Position numbers and translations under genes: made by a program | In this document: positions 1-15,625 of the stretch, piece after piece | Layout of the letters: every line of letters begins with the position of its first letter | Numbering within the stretch: position 1 is the first letter of the stretch | Source: Eledone cirrhosa | Taxonomy: Eukaryota | NCBI GenBank assembly: GCA_964016885.1 | Contig: OZ024749.1 | Location: 50,034,001 to 50,098,000, forward strand | Direction: 5' to 3' | DNA: 64,000 nt | The notes under the pieces: generated by a model | What the model was told of the DNA's origin: nothing | Seen by the model: only the letters and a program-made list of their open reading frames with translations | Databases searched by the model: none

Positions 1-351
1 ACCAAAAAGAAAAACAAGTCAACATCATTGGATGCCATCAGGGTTGCAGGTGTTATATCAGAGTTTTCCTTCTAGAATTCTGCCTTGACAAAGGCTAAGG
101 GGTCATCTCTCCCGGTGATTTTGGATGGCCATTCACACTTAAGAGCTCCTTTGCCCTTTGACAGGTTTTGTTTTAAGTCCTGCAGAAATGTCCAAAGTCA
201 CCCACCTCACCAAGAAAAATTTGGTGGGGTTGCCAGTTTAGTCGCCAACGACCCGACCATATTGTTTGTTTTTTTATTTGTCCTGGAATATTTCTTCCAT
301 ATATAAATGTGTTGAAACATATATGTACAGTATATATATGTATGTATATAT

Positions 352-424
<73 letters not shown>

Positions 425-432
<8 letters not shown>

Positions 433-687
433 TGACTTCACTGAGTCTAGCTTTACCATTCATCACACCAAAATGTGCTGGCCCTGTGCCTATATCAGAA
501 TATCAGAAACCATTATTATTATCATGAGAGAATTTGCTTCGAAATCAATAGACGTATCTAAGGAACATGCGAATCCAGAGTCAGGTTCGACTCACAAACA
601 GATCGCACCTCGATCTGTACGCCGGAGAAACTATTGTAATACGTAATAAATTGAGTCTCGATGTCCACTGATTCTTCGTTTTCCATG

Positions 688-690
<3 letters not shown>
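425..690 (+). mobile_element. Penelope-like (pLTR-type) non-coding fragment between (TA)n tracts, carrying a hammerhead motif
   Basis: Unique island bounded by (TA)n on both sides. It contains a hammerhead fold at 552-644 followed immediately by AATAAA (645-650). Confidence 0.55.
552..644 (+). ncRNA. Type I hammerhead ribozyme relic with enlarged, branched stem II
   Basis: ACGTAT-CTAAGGA-[62 nt containing hairpins GAGTC/GACTC and ACAGATCG/CGATCTGT]-GAAA-CTATTG-TA-ATACGT. Stem I is a perfect 6 bp; the core has G5>A. Confidence 0.6.
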
Positions 691-730
<40 letters not shown>

Positions 731-896
731 CAGAGAACCTTCAACCGTCAAAGTTCTTTTTCTGCGGGTAAGTCAGCATTTATAAAATAAATTTGCCTTG
801 GTTGCCCTTAAAATATATATTATAAAATAATTAGGGTTTTATAAATATAGTTTCCATTTATTAATATAGTGTATATATATATATATATATATATAT

Positions 897-1725
897 AGAT
901 AATTTGATATATCAACTAACATAGGCGCACAGATGCACGTCCATGCCAGCAAATACACAGGTTATGTCATAGTACCTAGGTGGTTCAATGCAGGAGGGTG
1001 CAGAACAATAATATAAAAGACGTAAAATAAGAAAATATTTTTTTAAAAATGTTTAAAAAATTTTTTACTTACTTACTTAAATTTTCACTCCAACTAATTA
1101 GTTTCTGCAATGGGATAAAGACAGTTACATAATCCAACTGTCGAGAATTCATTGCGTCATCAGGGAGTCTATTCTCAGCTGAGCCTCCAGGCAATGCGCG
1201 GACACTAGCGGCTCATATAAAAATAATAATTCGGTAGAAAGAACAGCTAGGCGAGGACTGGATTCTATGTACTGAAATTCTCACTGCTTCCAGTCAAATG
1301 GCCGATTCTAAAGAATCAATCACGTGACATAGAGGCTAGTTAGAAGGAATGGGATGGTAAGATGACTGACGCCTACTAACACCCCCAAAAAAATTTTGAA
1401 GTGGTTTTGGCAGGTTTGCTCGACAAATCAGTGATTTGGAGATAAATATAGATAATTTAATATATCAACTAACATAGGCGCACAGATGCACGTCCATGCC
1501 AGCAAATACACAGGTTATGTCATAGTACCTAGGTGGTTCAATGCAGGAGGGTGCAGAACAATAATATAAAAGACGTAAAATAAGAAAATATTTTTTAAAA
1601 AATTTCTAAAAAATGTTTTACTTACTTACTTAAATTGCAGAAACTAATTAGTTGGAGTGAAAATTTAAGTAAGTAAGTAAAAAAATTTTTAAAAAATTTT
1701 TTAAAAAATATTTTCTTATTTTACG

Positions 1726-1735
<10 letters not shown>
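897..1735 (-). mobile_element. Penelope-like mini-element: 553-bp tandem unit plus inverted terminal segment
   Basis: 897-~1083 is repeated directly at 1450-1636, and 1635-1735 is the reverse complement of ~1011-1110. Flanked by (TA)n. A degenerate hammerhead (GACTCC-CTGATGA...GA-CAG-TT-GGATT) lies on the minus strand at 1131-1170. Confidence 0.7.
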
Positions 1736-1790
<55 letters not shown>

Positions 1791-1793
<3 letters not shown>

Positions 1794-2245
1794 GATATTA
1801 ATAAATGGAAATTATATTTATAAAACCATATTTATTTAATTATACATATTTCAAGGACACCATGTTAAACTATAGTGTGCTTTCATCAGATAAAATATAA
1901 TATAGAACAGTTTTATAAATAAATATTGATATACACTTAAAGAATGCAACCATTACTGTTGGAAGCTCCCGGATAGCTCCGGATAGCTCCGGGAGCTTCC
2001 AACAGTAATGGTTGCATTATTTAAGGGTATATCAATATTTATTGATAAAACTGTTCTATATTATATTTTATCTGATGAAAGCACACTATAGTTTAACATG
2101 GTGTCCTTGAAATATGTATAATTAAATAAATATGGTTTTATAAATATAATTTCCATTTATTAATATCGTATTTTTACTCCAAATAGTTGTTCAGTTATAA
2201 AAGTATTTGGTTGTTGTATCCCACCAATTTAAATAGAACTTTACA
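1791..2245 (+). mobile_element. Fold-back Penelope-like mini-element (380-bp near-perfect palindrome 1791-2170) with hammerhead core
   Basis: Arms 1791-1973 and 1988-2170 are reverse complements. CTGATGA (2072-2078), stem II AAGCACACTAT/ATGGTGTCCTT and GAAA-TATG-TA (2109-2118) are present. Related 3' sequence occurs at ~800-870, 14141-14163 and 62300-62415. Confidence 0.75.
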
Positions 2246-2260
2246 TATGTATATATATAT

Positions 2261-2366
2261 TTACGGGGAGTGTACAGATCGAACCTCGAGCTGACCAATA
2301 GCAAAACGCGCGTCACCTAACAATAAATGGGATACAGGCATAAGAAATCCTCCTTATATTATTATA
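2261..2366 (+). mobile_element. Truncated pLTR-like fragment with the 3' half of a hammerhead
   Basis: Shares the ACAGATCG..ACCTCGA.CTG hairpin with the 552-644 motif, then (A)AAACGCGCGTC (palindromic stem III plus GUC) and AATAAA. Lies between TA tracts. Confidence 0.45.
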
Positions 2367-2391
2367 TTATATATATATATATATATATATA

Positions 2392-2457
<66 letters not shown>

Positions 2458-3157
2458 TGCATATGTTTCTATGGGTCCGAATATCTAGTTCTGTGTGTGT
2501 GTGTGTGTGTGTGTGTAAATGCATATATTTAAATAAACATTCTAGAATTATTATATTTCAACAGAGACACTACAGTGTTTTATCAACAATTTCTCTGTGC
2601 TTGTAAACACATTAAATTTACCTAATTAAGATCGTTTATATATTATTAGACATTCCGACTGTAGTTGTTTATTTGAGATAAAATCTGTTCTTTAGAACAA
2701 TATTGCATGGCAAACTGCAGTAGAGATATTACGCTTAACTCAATTTGTAAATGAAAACTTCGATATCCGTTTCAAGGTGATTCATTTGCATGAGATAATA
2801 GTTCGGGAAATTAAACCCCAAAACATATGTTAATACACAAGATATTGTAATGTACTATGGAAATGTATTTAGATAACAAAAACATTTTAATTATATATAA
2901 AATATACAAACACACAATAATACACTGCAAACCCAAATATACGTTATATGTCAAAACATAAATGAACAGGCTTCTCATTATTTCATACGAAATCTTGATG
3001 GAAAGCTCTTAATAAGGAGAGAGACTATATTTAATTAAGACCATATAATATAGCAATTGCAAAAGCGAAGATATGTCCATGTTATCTAGATTCATAGAAA
3101 ACAATCATATATACATATATATGTATATATATATATATATATATATACGTATATATA

Positions 3158-3228
3158 TAACACATTGTCGTAAGGAACCAGATGGACCATAACGCACCAG
3201 AGTACTCAATACTTAGAGTAGTAGAGTT
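3158..3228 (-). mobile_element. Fragment of TA-associated repeat family H
   Basis: GTAAGGAACCAGATGGACCATAACGCACCAGAGTACTCAATACTTAG is shared with 12761-12872, 29369-29652, 36349-36455 and 50947-51014. Confidence 0.65.
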
Positions 3229-3929
3229 GGAAATAGAACAAGTTATGAACAAAGTTATTTCGAAACCGAGCTGCTGCCTTGGTGTATTAGAATTCATAGA
3301 ATGTTGTAAACAACCAACACAAGAATAGCTTTTAAAACATGAAAATGCCGTCAAAGAATACGCCGGGTTAAACTTACACCAAAGGAAAGAAATCATATGT
3401 ACAAATACAATAAGTGAAATACCACAATCTAGAGAGAACTCGATAAGGTTTGCCTATATATTAATTCAGTCACGTCGCCTTAATTGGCAATGATCTAGGA
3501 TTCACACATGGCAGTTACGGAAAACCGTTTGAAAACCCTCTGCAGTGTTTCCTTGTTTTATACGTGTACGCAAAAGCTGAAATAAAATATTACGCTCTAT
3601 TTATATAAAATATCGGCTTTGTCGAATATATTATAGCACAGCTATTAGACGGAATATAATCATACTTAAGCAGATAATAAATCATTAGTTTAGAAACAGT
3701 AGTCATTGTATAATATAAAATTTAGATTTAACCTTTTCCGTTATTAAAAATTACATTTCCCCTTCTTTCCAATGTACGCAGACACACGTACAATATTATC
3801 CCAATCGTTTGGCAACTTAATTACACTCATTCGCCACTTTAACGTATAACAAATCGTGGTAGACATTCTGAGTAATATTTAATATCGTAATAAATGCGGT
3901 TTTTTATGTATGCCTATAACTGGTAATGA

Positions 3930-4101
3930 GCACAAGGCCACCAATTACCCAGTACATTACTGGTACTTTATGTTATCGACCCCGTAAGGATGAAAGGCAA
4001 AGTTAACCTCGGCGGGATTTGAACTCAGATCGTAAAGGGACGTAACTATGCTGGAAAGCATGGCGTCCGACCCTCTATCTATACATCCAATCCACCGCCC
4101 T
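3930..4101 (-). mobile_element. tRNA-derived SINE (main family)
   Basis: Reverse complement reads GGGCGGTGGATTGG...GAGTTCAAATCCCGCC (B box)...GCCTTTCATCCTTACGGGGTCGATAA...AGTACCAG. TGGTAATGA is repeated on both sides. Confidence 0.85.
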
Positions 4102-4110
4102 TGGTAATGA

Positions 4111-4212
4111 AAATAATTGTTTCTACTTTTGGCACAAGGCCAGCAATTACTAGTACATTACTGGTACTTTATTTTATCGACCCCGTAAGGATGAAATTCA
4201 AAGTTAACCTCG
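4111..4212 (-). mobile_element. 5'-truncated SINE (main family)
   Basis: Only the 3' half of the family is present; GAAAATAAT flanks both sides. Confidence 0.8.
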
Positions 4213-5843
4213 AAAATAATGACAGGAAGACAACATTTCTTCTGAGGCTTACATTTAGAATGAAATCTTGAATTATACTTGCAGTAAGTGATTGTTGAAT
4301 ATAACGATAAACGATACACCTTGAGTATAAATTCTATGAACTAACATTCGAACTTTAGGTCCGTCATTTATATTTACATTTATGTTGTGGTTGATATAAA
4401 TATCCAACACATCAGGTTTCCCTAGCACGCACGTATTTTCCTTCTGATAAAATGCATTATTATCTGAAATGATTCAATTCAGAAATTGATGATTCGTATG
4501 ATACAGTGGGAATTAAACAAACAACATTTAATCATCACTTTTTTTCTGTGAGATTACTAATACGAAAACTAAGTTTTAACATATTTAAAATTATCTAATA
4601 TAATCCACTTATTGAACTTTTTGAAAATAGTATTTGTAAAATCCATTTATTTCAACAAATCCTGTTATCGCTATTTTAGAAATCAGTATACCGAGGGTTT
4701 TGAGAATAAACATTAAGAGAGAAGTGCAACAAATAACTTTAGAGTACCATGTCAATCCATATACATGTCTCCTTGATTTAGCAATAGTATTTGTTTTATC
4801 CCTGTATTTTTGAGACATATCGAACCATCCCTGTACAGCTGTAGACCTACACTTTTAAATGCCACTGATTAAGTATTAATTGCATCGCTCTATGTGGGCC
4901 TAAGTGCGAGCCTTTTCTGTTAGTCGAGGGATACAAAGACCCATGTAAGAATGAAGATACATCGTATGACGTACACGTAGAAAGAAGTGATTGAAAGGCG
5001 TGACATCAAATAATAACATTATTAAGGATATAAATATTTTAACATAACAACAGATATGTAACTTGTATCCATCCACAAGAGTCCAATCAAATGCTTACAT
5101 ATTTACAATTCGAGCGATATAATGTTATGTGTACACGAAACCCCAAATTTGAATAAAAAAACATTTTGTGTGAGGGATATAACCACAAACATACACTGAG
5201 AGATATGGAAAGTATACACCGTCCAAAGATTTAAATGTGAAACCAACTTCAATCATGATAATATAATTATGCACAAAAAGAAGTTTATGTGAAAGCGATA
5301 AAAGACATCGCATTAAAATAATATTGTATATATGAAAGCTATAAAACAAAAGCGATAGACGTATTTACCTAAGAATGTTAATTAAATCACTACAAAATGA
5401 GATTAAGAAGTCAAAACAAATAGAATAGATTCAATATAAGCATTTAGAGGAGAATTTCATTCAAGAGCATATGCATGGAACAGAACATTTTACGCCATTG
5501 CGATTTGCCAGGAGGATTTAGATATGCATATAATCTACGTAGTGGTTAGGATTTATTATAGTAATATTGCTAATATTAATGGAGGTTGGGGACACTGTGC
5601 ATATTATGATTATTAAAACTAAAACTGGATATCAATATTAATAGTATTACTGCATGTAGTATTGATATATAGACGTTGCTATTAACTGGCATAAACCAAT
5701 AGAGCAACTTTCACGCAGATGCACACTCACGTACATGCAACCATTTCAGCAAAATACAAAGAATAGAGAAACAGAGAAAAAAGATAGAAGATATATAGTG
5801 TAAGTTTTCATTTGTCGTACCGAGCACAATGTCGTAACAAATG

Positions 5844-5887
<44 letters not shown>

Positions 5888-5892
5888 TGAGG

Positions 5893-6036
<144 letters not shown>

Positions 6037-6094
6037 GTGGATATGGATAGATAGTCAGATACAGACGCAGAGAGTGAAGGATAAATATAATTGT

Positions 6095-6145
6095 ACCACT
6101 GATGATGTCACAAATATGAGACGAACGGACTTTGATTGACTATAT
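6095..6145 (+). ncRNA. Degenerate hammerhead motif related to family C
   Basis: CA-CTGATGA-T-GTCACA-AATA-TGAGAC-GAA-CGGAC-TT-TG resembles the 16956-17000 motif (GTCACA..TGTGAC-GAAA-GGAC-TA-TGACT). Stem I is poor. Confidence 0.45.
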
Positions 6146-6330
6146 AAATATATGTTTATATCTGTATTTTTTAACCGTTGGTCAATCAATGATAAACATT
6201 GATTGCCTAATAAATTAACTATATAAAAGATACAGAAGCAACGACCCACCCAAACCAGACAGTGAATGTGTTCTATTATTATTTCTGGCAATATTATAAC
6301 AATATACCCAGATATAACTATATATATATA

Positions 6331-6525
6331 TATTTATTACAATAACAGATTAAAGTTTAAGCAAAGAATCGCTGCTTTCACCCTTAACGGGATCTTATGA
6401 AACTAACTTTGCTTAAACTTTAATCTGTTATTATAATACATATTTGCACTACGGTTCTTATATATTTGATATTTATTTATCCTTATCGAGCCCTCTTTGT
6501 ATTTTAGTCTTCAAATTTATTATTA

Positions 6526-6527
<2 letters not shown>
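6331..6527 (+). mobile_element. Penelope-like family D, short fold-back copy
   Basis: Inverted AATAACAGATTAAAGTTTAAGCAAAG / CTTTGCTTAAACTTTAATCTGTTATT. The tail matches 15400-15508 and 50190-50293. TA-flanked. Confidence 0.7.
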
Positions 6528-6567
<40 letters not shown>

Positions 6568-7016
6568 GTTGATCAACCTGTGCATCTGCCATTCTATACA
6601 TCTATTGAATTACACACTATAATACGACATTACACATTAGCATACAGGCAATATTATGGTAATGATATAAAACTACTCTATATGGAAATACAAGAGACTT
6701 AAAGAACAACGAAGTTTAACTCCGAGAGGAAAGAAGCTTTATACGCTCGATATGGTTATAAAATACAAGTTTATGAATCACAACTCTATTTCTGCCCCAT
6801 GACACAAAAAATGCATTAGTTTACTCCAATTTAATAGAAATATGGATTTATATATAACTTATTCTTTCTGAACTCATTTCATATATATCCATTACGGAAG
6901 AAAATTACATTTTGCTTTCAAAATGAAAACAAAACAATAGATTTCTTCAAATTGCATCCCTCGTGAAATAGTAAATATGCGACAGAACTTCGTTGCTGTT
7001 TACATGATTTATGATA

Positions 7017-7064
<48 letters not shown>

Positions 7065-7089
7065 TACTACTACTACTGTTCCTACTAGT

Positions 7090-7285
7090 AATAATAATAA
7101 TTGTTTCTACTTTTTTGGCACAAGGCCAGCAATTAACAGTACATTACTGGTACTCTATTTTATCGACCCCGTAAGGATGAAAGGCAAAGTTAACCTCGGC
7201 TGGATTTGAACACAGATCGTAAAGGGACGTAACTATGCCGGAAAGCATGGTGTCCGACTCTCTACTGATACTGCCAATCAACTGC
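7090..7285 (-). mobile_element. tRNA-derived SINE (main family)
   Basis: Near full-length match to the other copies; the tail abuts (TAC)n/(TAA)n. Confidence 0.85.
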
Positions 7286-7287
7286 AT

Positions 7288-7506
7288 AATAATAATGCTT
7301 TCTTATATTGAACCCGGGCCAGCAATTTTGGCGAGGGGAAAGTCGATTAAATCGACACCAGTGCGTGACTGGTACTTTATATTATCGACCCCATAAGGAT
7401 GACATGCAGAGTTAACCTCGACGGGATTTGAACTCAGATCATAAAGGGCCGTAACACTATGCTGCAAAGCATGGCATCCGGCACTCTGCCGATACTGCCA
7501 TCCCCA
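7288..7506 (-). mobile_element. tRNA-derived SINE, longer-tail subfamily
   Basis: Same head and central domain, with an extra GGGGAAAGTCGATTAAATCGACACCAGTG segment. Confidence 0.8.
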
Positions 7507-7538
<32 letters not shown>

Positions 7539-7543
7539 TTAAT

Positions 7544-7608
<65 letters not shown>

Positions 7609-7639
7609 TAACAATAATAATAGTAATAATAATAATAAT
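7507..7639. repeat. (TAC)n-(TAA)n microsatellite
   Basis: Direct reading of the sequence. Confidence 0.95.
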
Positions 7640-7641
7640 TC

Positions 7642-8212
7642 TGGAATGTTACTGAACAAAAAGAAATGGATAGGAAGACTAGGAAGCTATTGACTATCTA
7701 CAACATGTTCCACAAGAGGAGTGATGTCGATAGAATCTACTTAAGGAGATCTGAAGGTGGAAGAGGTCTTATTAGCATAGAGGACTGTGTTCAGATGGAG
7801 GAAAAACACCCTGCACAAATATGTGACTGACAGTAGGGAGTCAATGCTCAAACTTGTACTGAAGGAGAGAACAATAGACCAGGATGTCCAAGGAGGAAAT
7901 AACAACAAGGAGGAAGAGCAACCTTCATGAAAAATTTCTTCATAGCACCTCCTTTAAGAAAACGGAATTTAGAGATCCACAGACATGGAACTGGTTAAAA
8001 AGAAGAAACCTTAACAAAGCTACAGAAGGAATGCAAATAGCTGCGCAAGAGCAGTCCCTCAGAACGAAGTGGATGAAACACCATATTGACAAGGAGGAGG
8101 CTAGTTCACTGTGTAGGATCTGTGGAGAGAGAGAGGAGACTGTGGCTCACATTGTATCCGAGTGTAAACACCTAGCCCATACTCACTGTAAGGGCTGGAA
8201 ACATGATCTGGG
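7642..8212 (+). mobile_element. R4/Dong-type (RLE-class) non-LTR retrotransposon fragment: RT thumb to CCHC zinc knuckle, frameshifted
   Basis: Translates as WNVTEQKEMDRKTRKLLTIYNMFHKRSDVDRIYLRRSEGGRGLISIEDC. After two frameshifts it continues WNWLKRRNLNKATEGMQIAAQEQSLRT...CRICGEREETVAHIVSEC...KHD, motifs characteristic of the R4/Dong clade. It starts directly after (TAA)n. Confidence 0.85.
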
Positions 8213-8217
8213 TGACC

Positions 8218-9745
<1,528 letters not shown>

Positions 9746-9785
9746 TATATATATATACACACATATATATATATATATACACACA

Positions 9786-9826
<41 letters not shown>

Positions 9827-10565
9827 CATGGAGAGAATGTTAGATATACATTCGTTATATAAGTTTCGAATTAATAAACGCATAAATCATTATTATTTTC
9901 CATCTATTCCTCACTGTCTTTCCATATTGTGTTCTCCTCAAGATAATGGTGCACTCAACACAAATCCTAGAACATAATTTAATCATACTCTGAATTGAAT
10001 TGCAATACACTCTGCTAGATATATATGGAAGTCGTGTAAATATATGAGAGTTTAATAAATAATGTTATAATTTGATAATATATAATGTAACGCATACTAA
10101 TTGATGCACATACAATGATGTAATAGAACAATTATGTTATTGTATACAGCATAACAAGTCAGATAATTCCATATATATGTTCATGAAGTATTCATGAAGC
10201 AGTTACAAACAATATGGTAAAAGACAAAAAAATATACATTAAATATAATAACATACTTCAAGTACCAGGTCATTATCTGCTCATCTGTGTTCAAATATTA
10301 GAAGAACGTTCAAATATATTAGGAATTGATAATATCTGCGGTAACTGACAAGTCAAATAATAGTAACTACATTATACATACTTTAATTTGGGGGAGAGGA
10401 GAGTCCATAAAACCGAGCCCTGACTGGCATTTATTCCATCGAAACTGTAAAATTGAAAGACTTCGCTAACATCGGCGGGATCTAATCTTAAAAAAGACAG
10501 ATAACAACAACTAAACACGACATTCCGTAAATACAACCGTCGTCAAATAAACATATTTTCTTCGA

Positions 10566-10755
10566 AATAATGATTTCTAGTATAGAGACAAGGCCAGAAC
10601 GGAAATTCGATTAATCGACCCTAGTGCCTGACTGGTACTTTGTTATCGACCCCGTAAGGATGAAAGGCAAAGTGAACCTCACCGGGATTTGAACTCAGAT
10701 CATAAAGGGCCGTAACTCTATGCTGCAAAGCATGGCATCCGACCCTCTACCGAAT
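10566..10755 (-). mobile_element. tRNA-derived SINE (a more decayed copy lies at ~10385-10560)
   Basis: ACTGGTACTT..TATCGACCCCGTAAGGATGAAAGGCAAAG..GGGATTTGAACTCAG. Confidence 0.8.
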
Positions 10756-11885
10756 CGAGTAATGTAAAACGTATTGATTAACGCAACAAAGAACTAATAT
10801 GAATATGATGCAGAAAAACTACGAATTGAAAACTTTGTAATGTATAGTCAACCAAACATAAATGAACTGATATAGGATAGAAATATGGGAATCACAGTCC
10901 GTATATCAATAAAAAAAAAAGAAATCTGACATTGCGTTAAATACTAGTCAATTATATATATACATTGAAAACACTTATTTAAAGACATATATTTCAAATA
11001 ATACCACAACCAGATACTTGTCGGCACACATACAGTAGATGAGGTATTAAGAGCCTATAAATAAGCAACGCAATCATCAGATATTACGAAAGAATTGGAG
11101 AGTTATATTATCAATTCGGAAAACATAATAGCAATACAAAAACCATTATACCGACATAATACCTAGAGAGAGATATCTGAACACAAAGCGGTCTACTGGG
11201 ATCATTATCGATTGTGATAATAATGTAAAATGAAAACATTTAAATATATATTTCGTACATGAACTAATCATATTAAAAATCAAATCACACAGGCAGCAAA
11301 ATAAATTTCGATTGTTTACCTACACTAGTCTTACACGAGACACCAGTACAAAGTAATTAGTAGAGAGGGATAGAATTATCGATTCGCTATGGGGGAGAAT
11401 ATGTAAATGGGACATCGAATTGACATAGGAATGTTTTCTGAAACTTGATGAGGTCCTTCGATAATAACACAACTGAAACCATACTTCAGAATATATGGAA
11501 ACATTCTACACAGGACATGTACAAGTATATAAAAAGATAATATTGAAATTGATTTGTGGCTAAGAGAAAGTGTTTTTGCTTAATAGCAACATTTAAAATC
11601 ACAGCTCTTGTTGTTAGAATGTCTCTCGAAAGGATGACTTGACACATTTTGCAGGTAAAACCAACTGACAGGATGGTTGGATAACATCTATAAGTTTGTC
11701 ATTTCTCGTAACGGGATTCAGCCAGATAAATTAAAAATGATTGAATCTGGTAGGAGCCACTGGACCGAATGTTTAGTGTCTCTACCAGCACGACCATCTC
11801 AGGAACAAATGTGTGAAGAATGAAAAGGAGAGGAAGGCCTCCCCTATATACCTATATATTTTTATTGAACATACACTATATATCC

Positions 11886-12262
<377 letters not shown>

Positions 12263-12723
12263 AAATGCCCATGATTTAATCTATTCATCCAAATGTCAAC
12301 ATACCTATCCGTCTACATTTATAACAAATGATCTAACCCACTAAATATGTATCGGCATATTTGTAGATTAATATATTTCCCCACGTAACCATACATCAAC
12401 CATCAGCATCGTCATTAATGGTGTTGATTTCCCGTTAAATGTTTCGTTCTACCATTGGACATAATTGTATTAGAGTAACGTATGAACAATTATATCAACA
12501 CAACATATATAATTTTCAATTTTAACCTACCATAGTACAAATAAGAGACTATACCAAATATACCAAATAAGTGTAAATAGCGAAAAACGGAGATAACTTG
12601 AATAATAGGAAGAGCCTGTTACATAAAAAATGGCAATGTTTTCTATTTGCTGAGCTTACTAAGATAAAAATATATACATCATCAATATAAAGACGTGGGT
12701 CGGATTTTGTTAATGCTATTTAA

Positions 12724-12760
<37 letters not shown>

Positions 12761-12764
<4 letters not shown>

Positions 12765-12872
12765 AACGAGTAGGACCACCCTATTCATTCCTATTACCCA
12801 CTCTACTACCCTAAGTATTGAGTACTTTGGTGCGTTATGGTCCACCTGGTTCCTTACCACATTTCCTTCGTT
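12761..12872 (+). mobile_element. Family H copy with short inverted 5' segment
   Basis: TAGGAACGAGTAGGACC (inverted) is followed by TTCCTATTACCCACTCTACTACCCTAAGTATTGAGTAC...CCTTCGTTA. TA-flanked. Confidence 0.65.
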
Positions 12873-13176
12873 ATATATACATATATATATAATATATATA
12901 TAAATTTATATATACATGTATATACATATGTATTAATACATATATATAAATACATATGTATATATATGTATTAATATATATATATACTATATAATGTAGA
13001 TATATATATATATTTATATTAATATATATATGTATATGTGTGTATGTGTATACGTGTGGGTATGGGTATGGGTGTGTGCATGGATAAAGTGTGACAGGAA
13101 GTGTGATGAGGCATTACTGTTCTTTGATACCATAGTTCAAATTATATCCGGTAAAATTTAGATGTAACAATATTCT

Positions 13177-13260
13177 AATAATAATAATCGTTTCTACTTT
13201 TGGCACAAGGCCAGTAATTAACCAGTGCATTACTGGTACTTTATTTTATCGACCCCGTAA
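13177..13260 (-). mobile_element. 5'-truncated SINE
   Basis: Only the 3' tail of the main family is present. Confidence 0.75.
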
Positions 13261-13991
13261 TTCAGCCTTATAATAATATGATTGGTAATTTTGCAAAGCA
13301 TCGCATTATTATGTTTGTGTCTTGCTCGGTCCTGACTAATACGTTTGTACGGAACCGTCAAGTAAATAATTAGTACTGAAATATATTAATATGTGGCAAC
13401 ACCTAACAAGGATGCCAACTGTCAATCTATAATATACGCAAGGCATCAGATCAGTGATCGTCGCGTATTAAGAAACAAATTCGATTTCTCAGAGATATGA
13501 AACTAGAACCTTTAATATGACAAATATATTTTGTTATATATAAACTTAGCATAATTCCATAAATTACAACTACGAATGCCAGTATAATATAACTTTAATG
13601 CTGAGAGTATGAAAACATTTAAATAATTGAGGTTTAAAAAATGTCTAAATTATGGTTACACAACACAACACATATATGTTGAGAGTAAATATTTATAATA
13701 ATGTACAAAACAATACGTAGAACACATATGACATAAGCAGAAAGTAATTCAAATCTAACACACACTTTTATAAAATAGCCGATGCAGAAAATTATATACT
13801 ACACTACAACAACCACATTCGCGAATACACACACACATATATATATATCTACATCTACATGTCTACATGCGTGTGTGTATGTGTGGGCGTCTGTGTGTGT
13901 GTGTGTATGTATATATATATATACTTGGGGAGGGTCATATTGTTGTAATATTACCAAAAAATAATAACAGAACACACTAAGTGTTTGGTTG

Positions 13992-14052
<61 letters not shown>

Positions 14053-14067
14053 TATATATATATATAA

Positions 14068-14132
<65 letters not shown>

Positions 14133-14160
14133 TATATATAATTTCCATTTATTTAATATC

Positions 14161-14311
<151 letters not shown>

Positions 14312-14417
14312 TGTATGTATATATATATATATTAGATAACAGATCCATTTTTGCTTTACGGTTCATATATATTCGATATAAATTTATCCCTATCGAGCCC
14401 TCTTTGGATTTTATTAT

Positions 14418-14510
<93 letters not shown>

Positions 14511-14513
<3 letters not shown>

Positions 14514-14984
14514 ATATGAATGAAAATTGACCGAGAAACAGGAATGTCCATCCTCAGTAGTATGCTGATTACCATTGGTATTTCTTCGCATTAAAGACTT
14601 GATACCTAAAATCAGTGCGAGCGATAACCAGATTAAGTTATTGGGACAGAGGAAAGTAAACAAACAACATGGTAGTAACGCAAAGTAAAGAGAGGAAAAG
14701 AGAGACAAGTCAATGAATCTTGTGGTCTTTAGTCCGACAAATCAAATGACGAGAAGTGACAGACACGTCCGAGCCACTTGAAAAGTGAGAGAGGAAATAA
14801 TTTCACGCACGTCAGAGGGGAGGAAGTGAGATAGGAGGAGTAGCAGAGAGGGAGCGAGTGAAAGTCTGAGGAAGGGGCCAGCCGAGAGGTGTGTGGCCAG
14901 CAGCGGGGGTGGAAGAAAGCAAGAAGTAAAGGAGAGAGAATGGGGCTAGAGAAAGAGGATAGCAGTAAAGTGACATAATTCATG

Positions 14985-14985
<1 letters not shown>
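14511..14985 (-). mobile_element. Probable Penelope-like 3' fragment (pyrimidine-rich tract plus partial hammerhead)
   Basis: GC-richer island between (TG)n and (TA)n. The minus strand has CTGAGGA-TGGACA-TTCC-TGTTT but no GAAA. Confidence 0.35.

Positions 14986-15625
<640 letters not shown>

Noticed and set aside
1-305. GC-richer segment at the window start, possibly a retroelement UTR
   Set aside because: Truncated by the window edge, with no diagnostic motif.
4609-4847. Frame STAVQGWFDMSQKY...HVYGLTWYSKVICC, faintly like a CAP/SCP domain
   Set aside because: Lacks the HYTQ(V/M)VW motif, has a weak acceptor and has no partner exons.
11400-11810. Possible decayed LINE (DIGMFSET and WLDNI-like peptides); similar GRPRKT-like trace at ~26170-26280
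   Set aside because: Too degenerate to support by eye; a profile search is needed.
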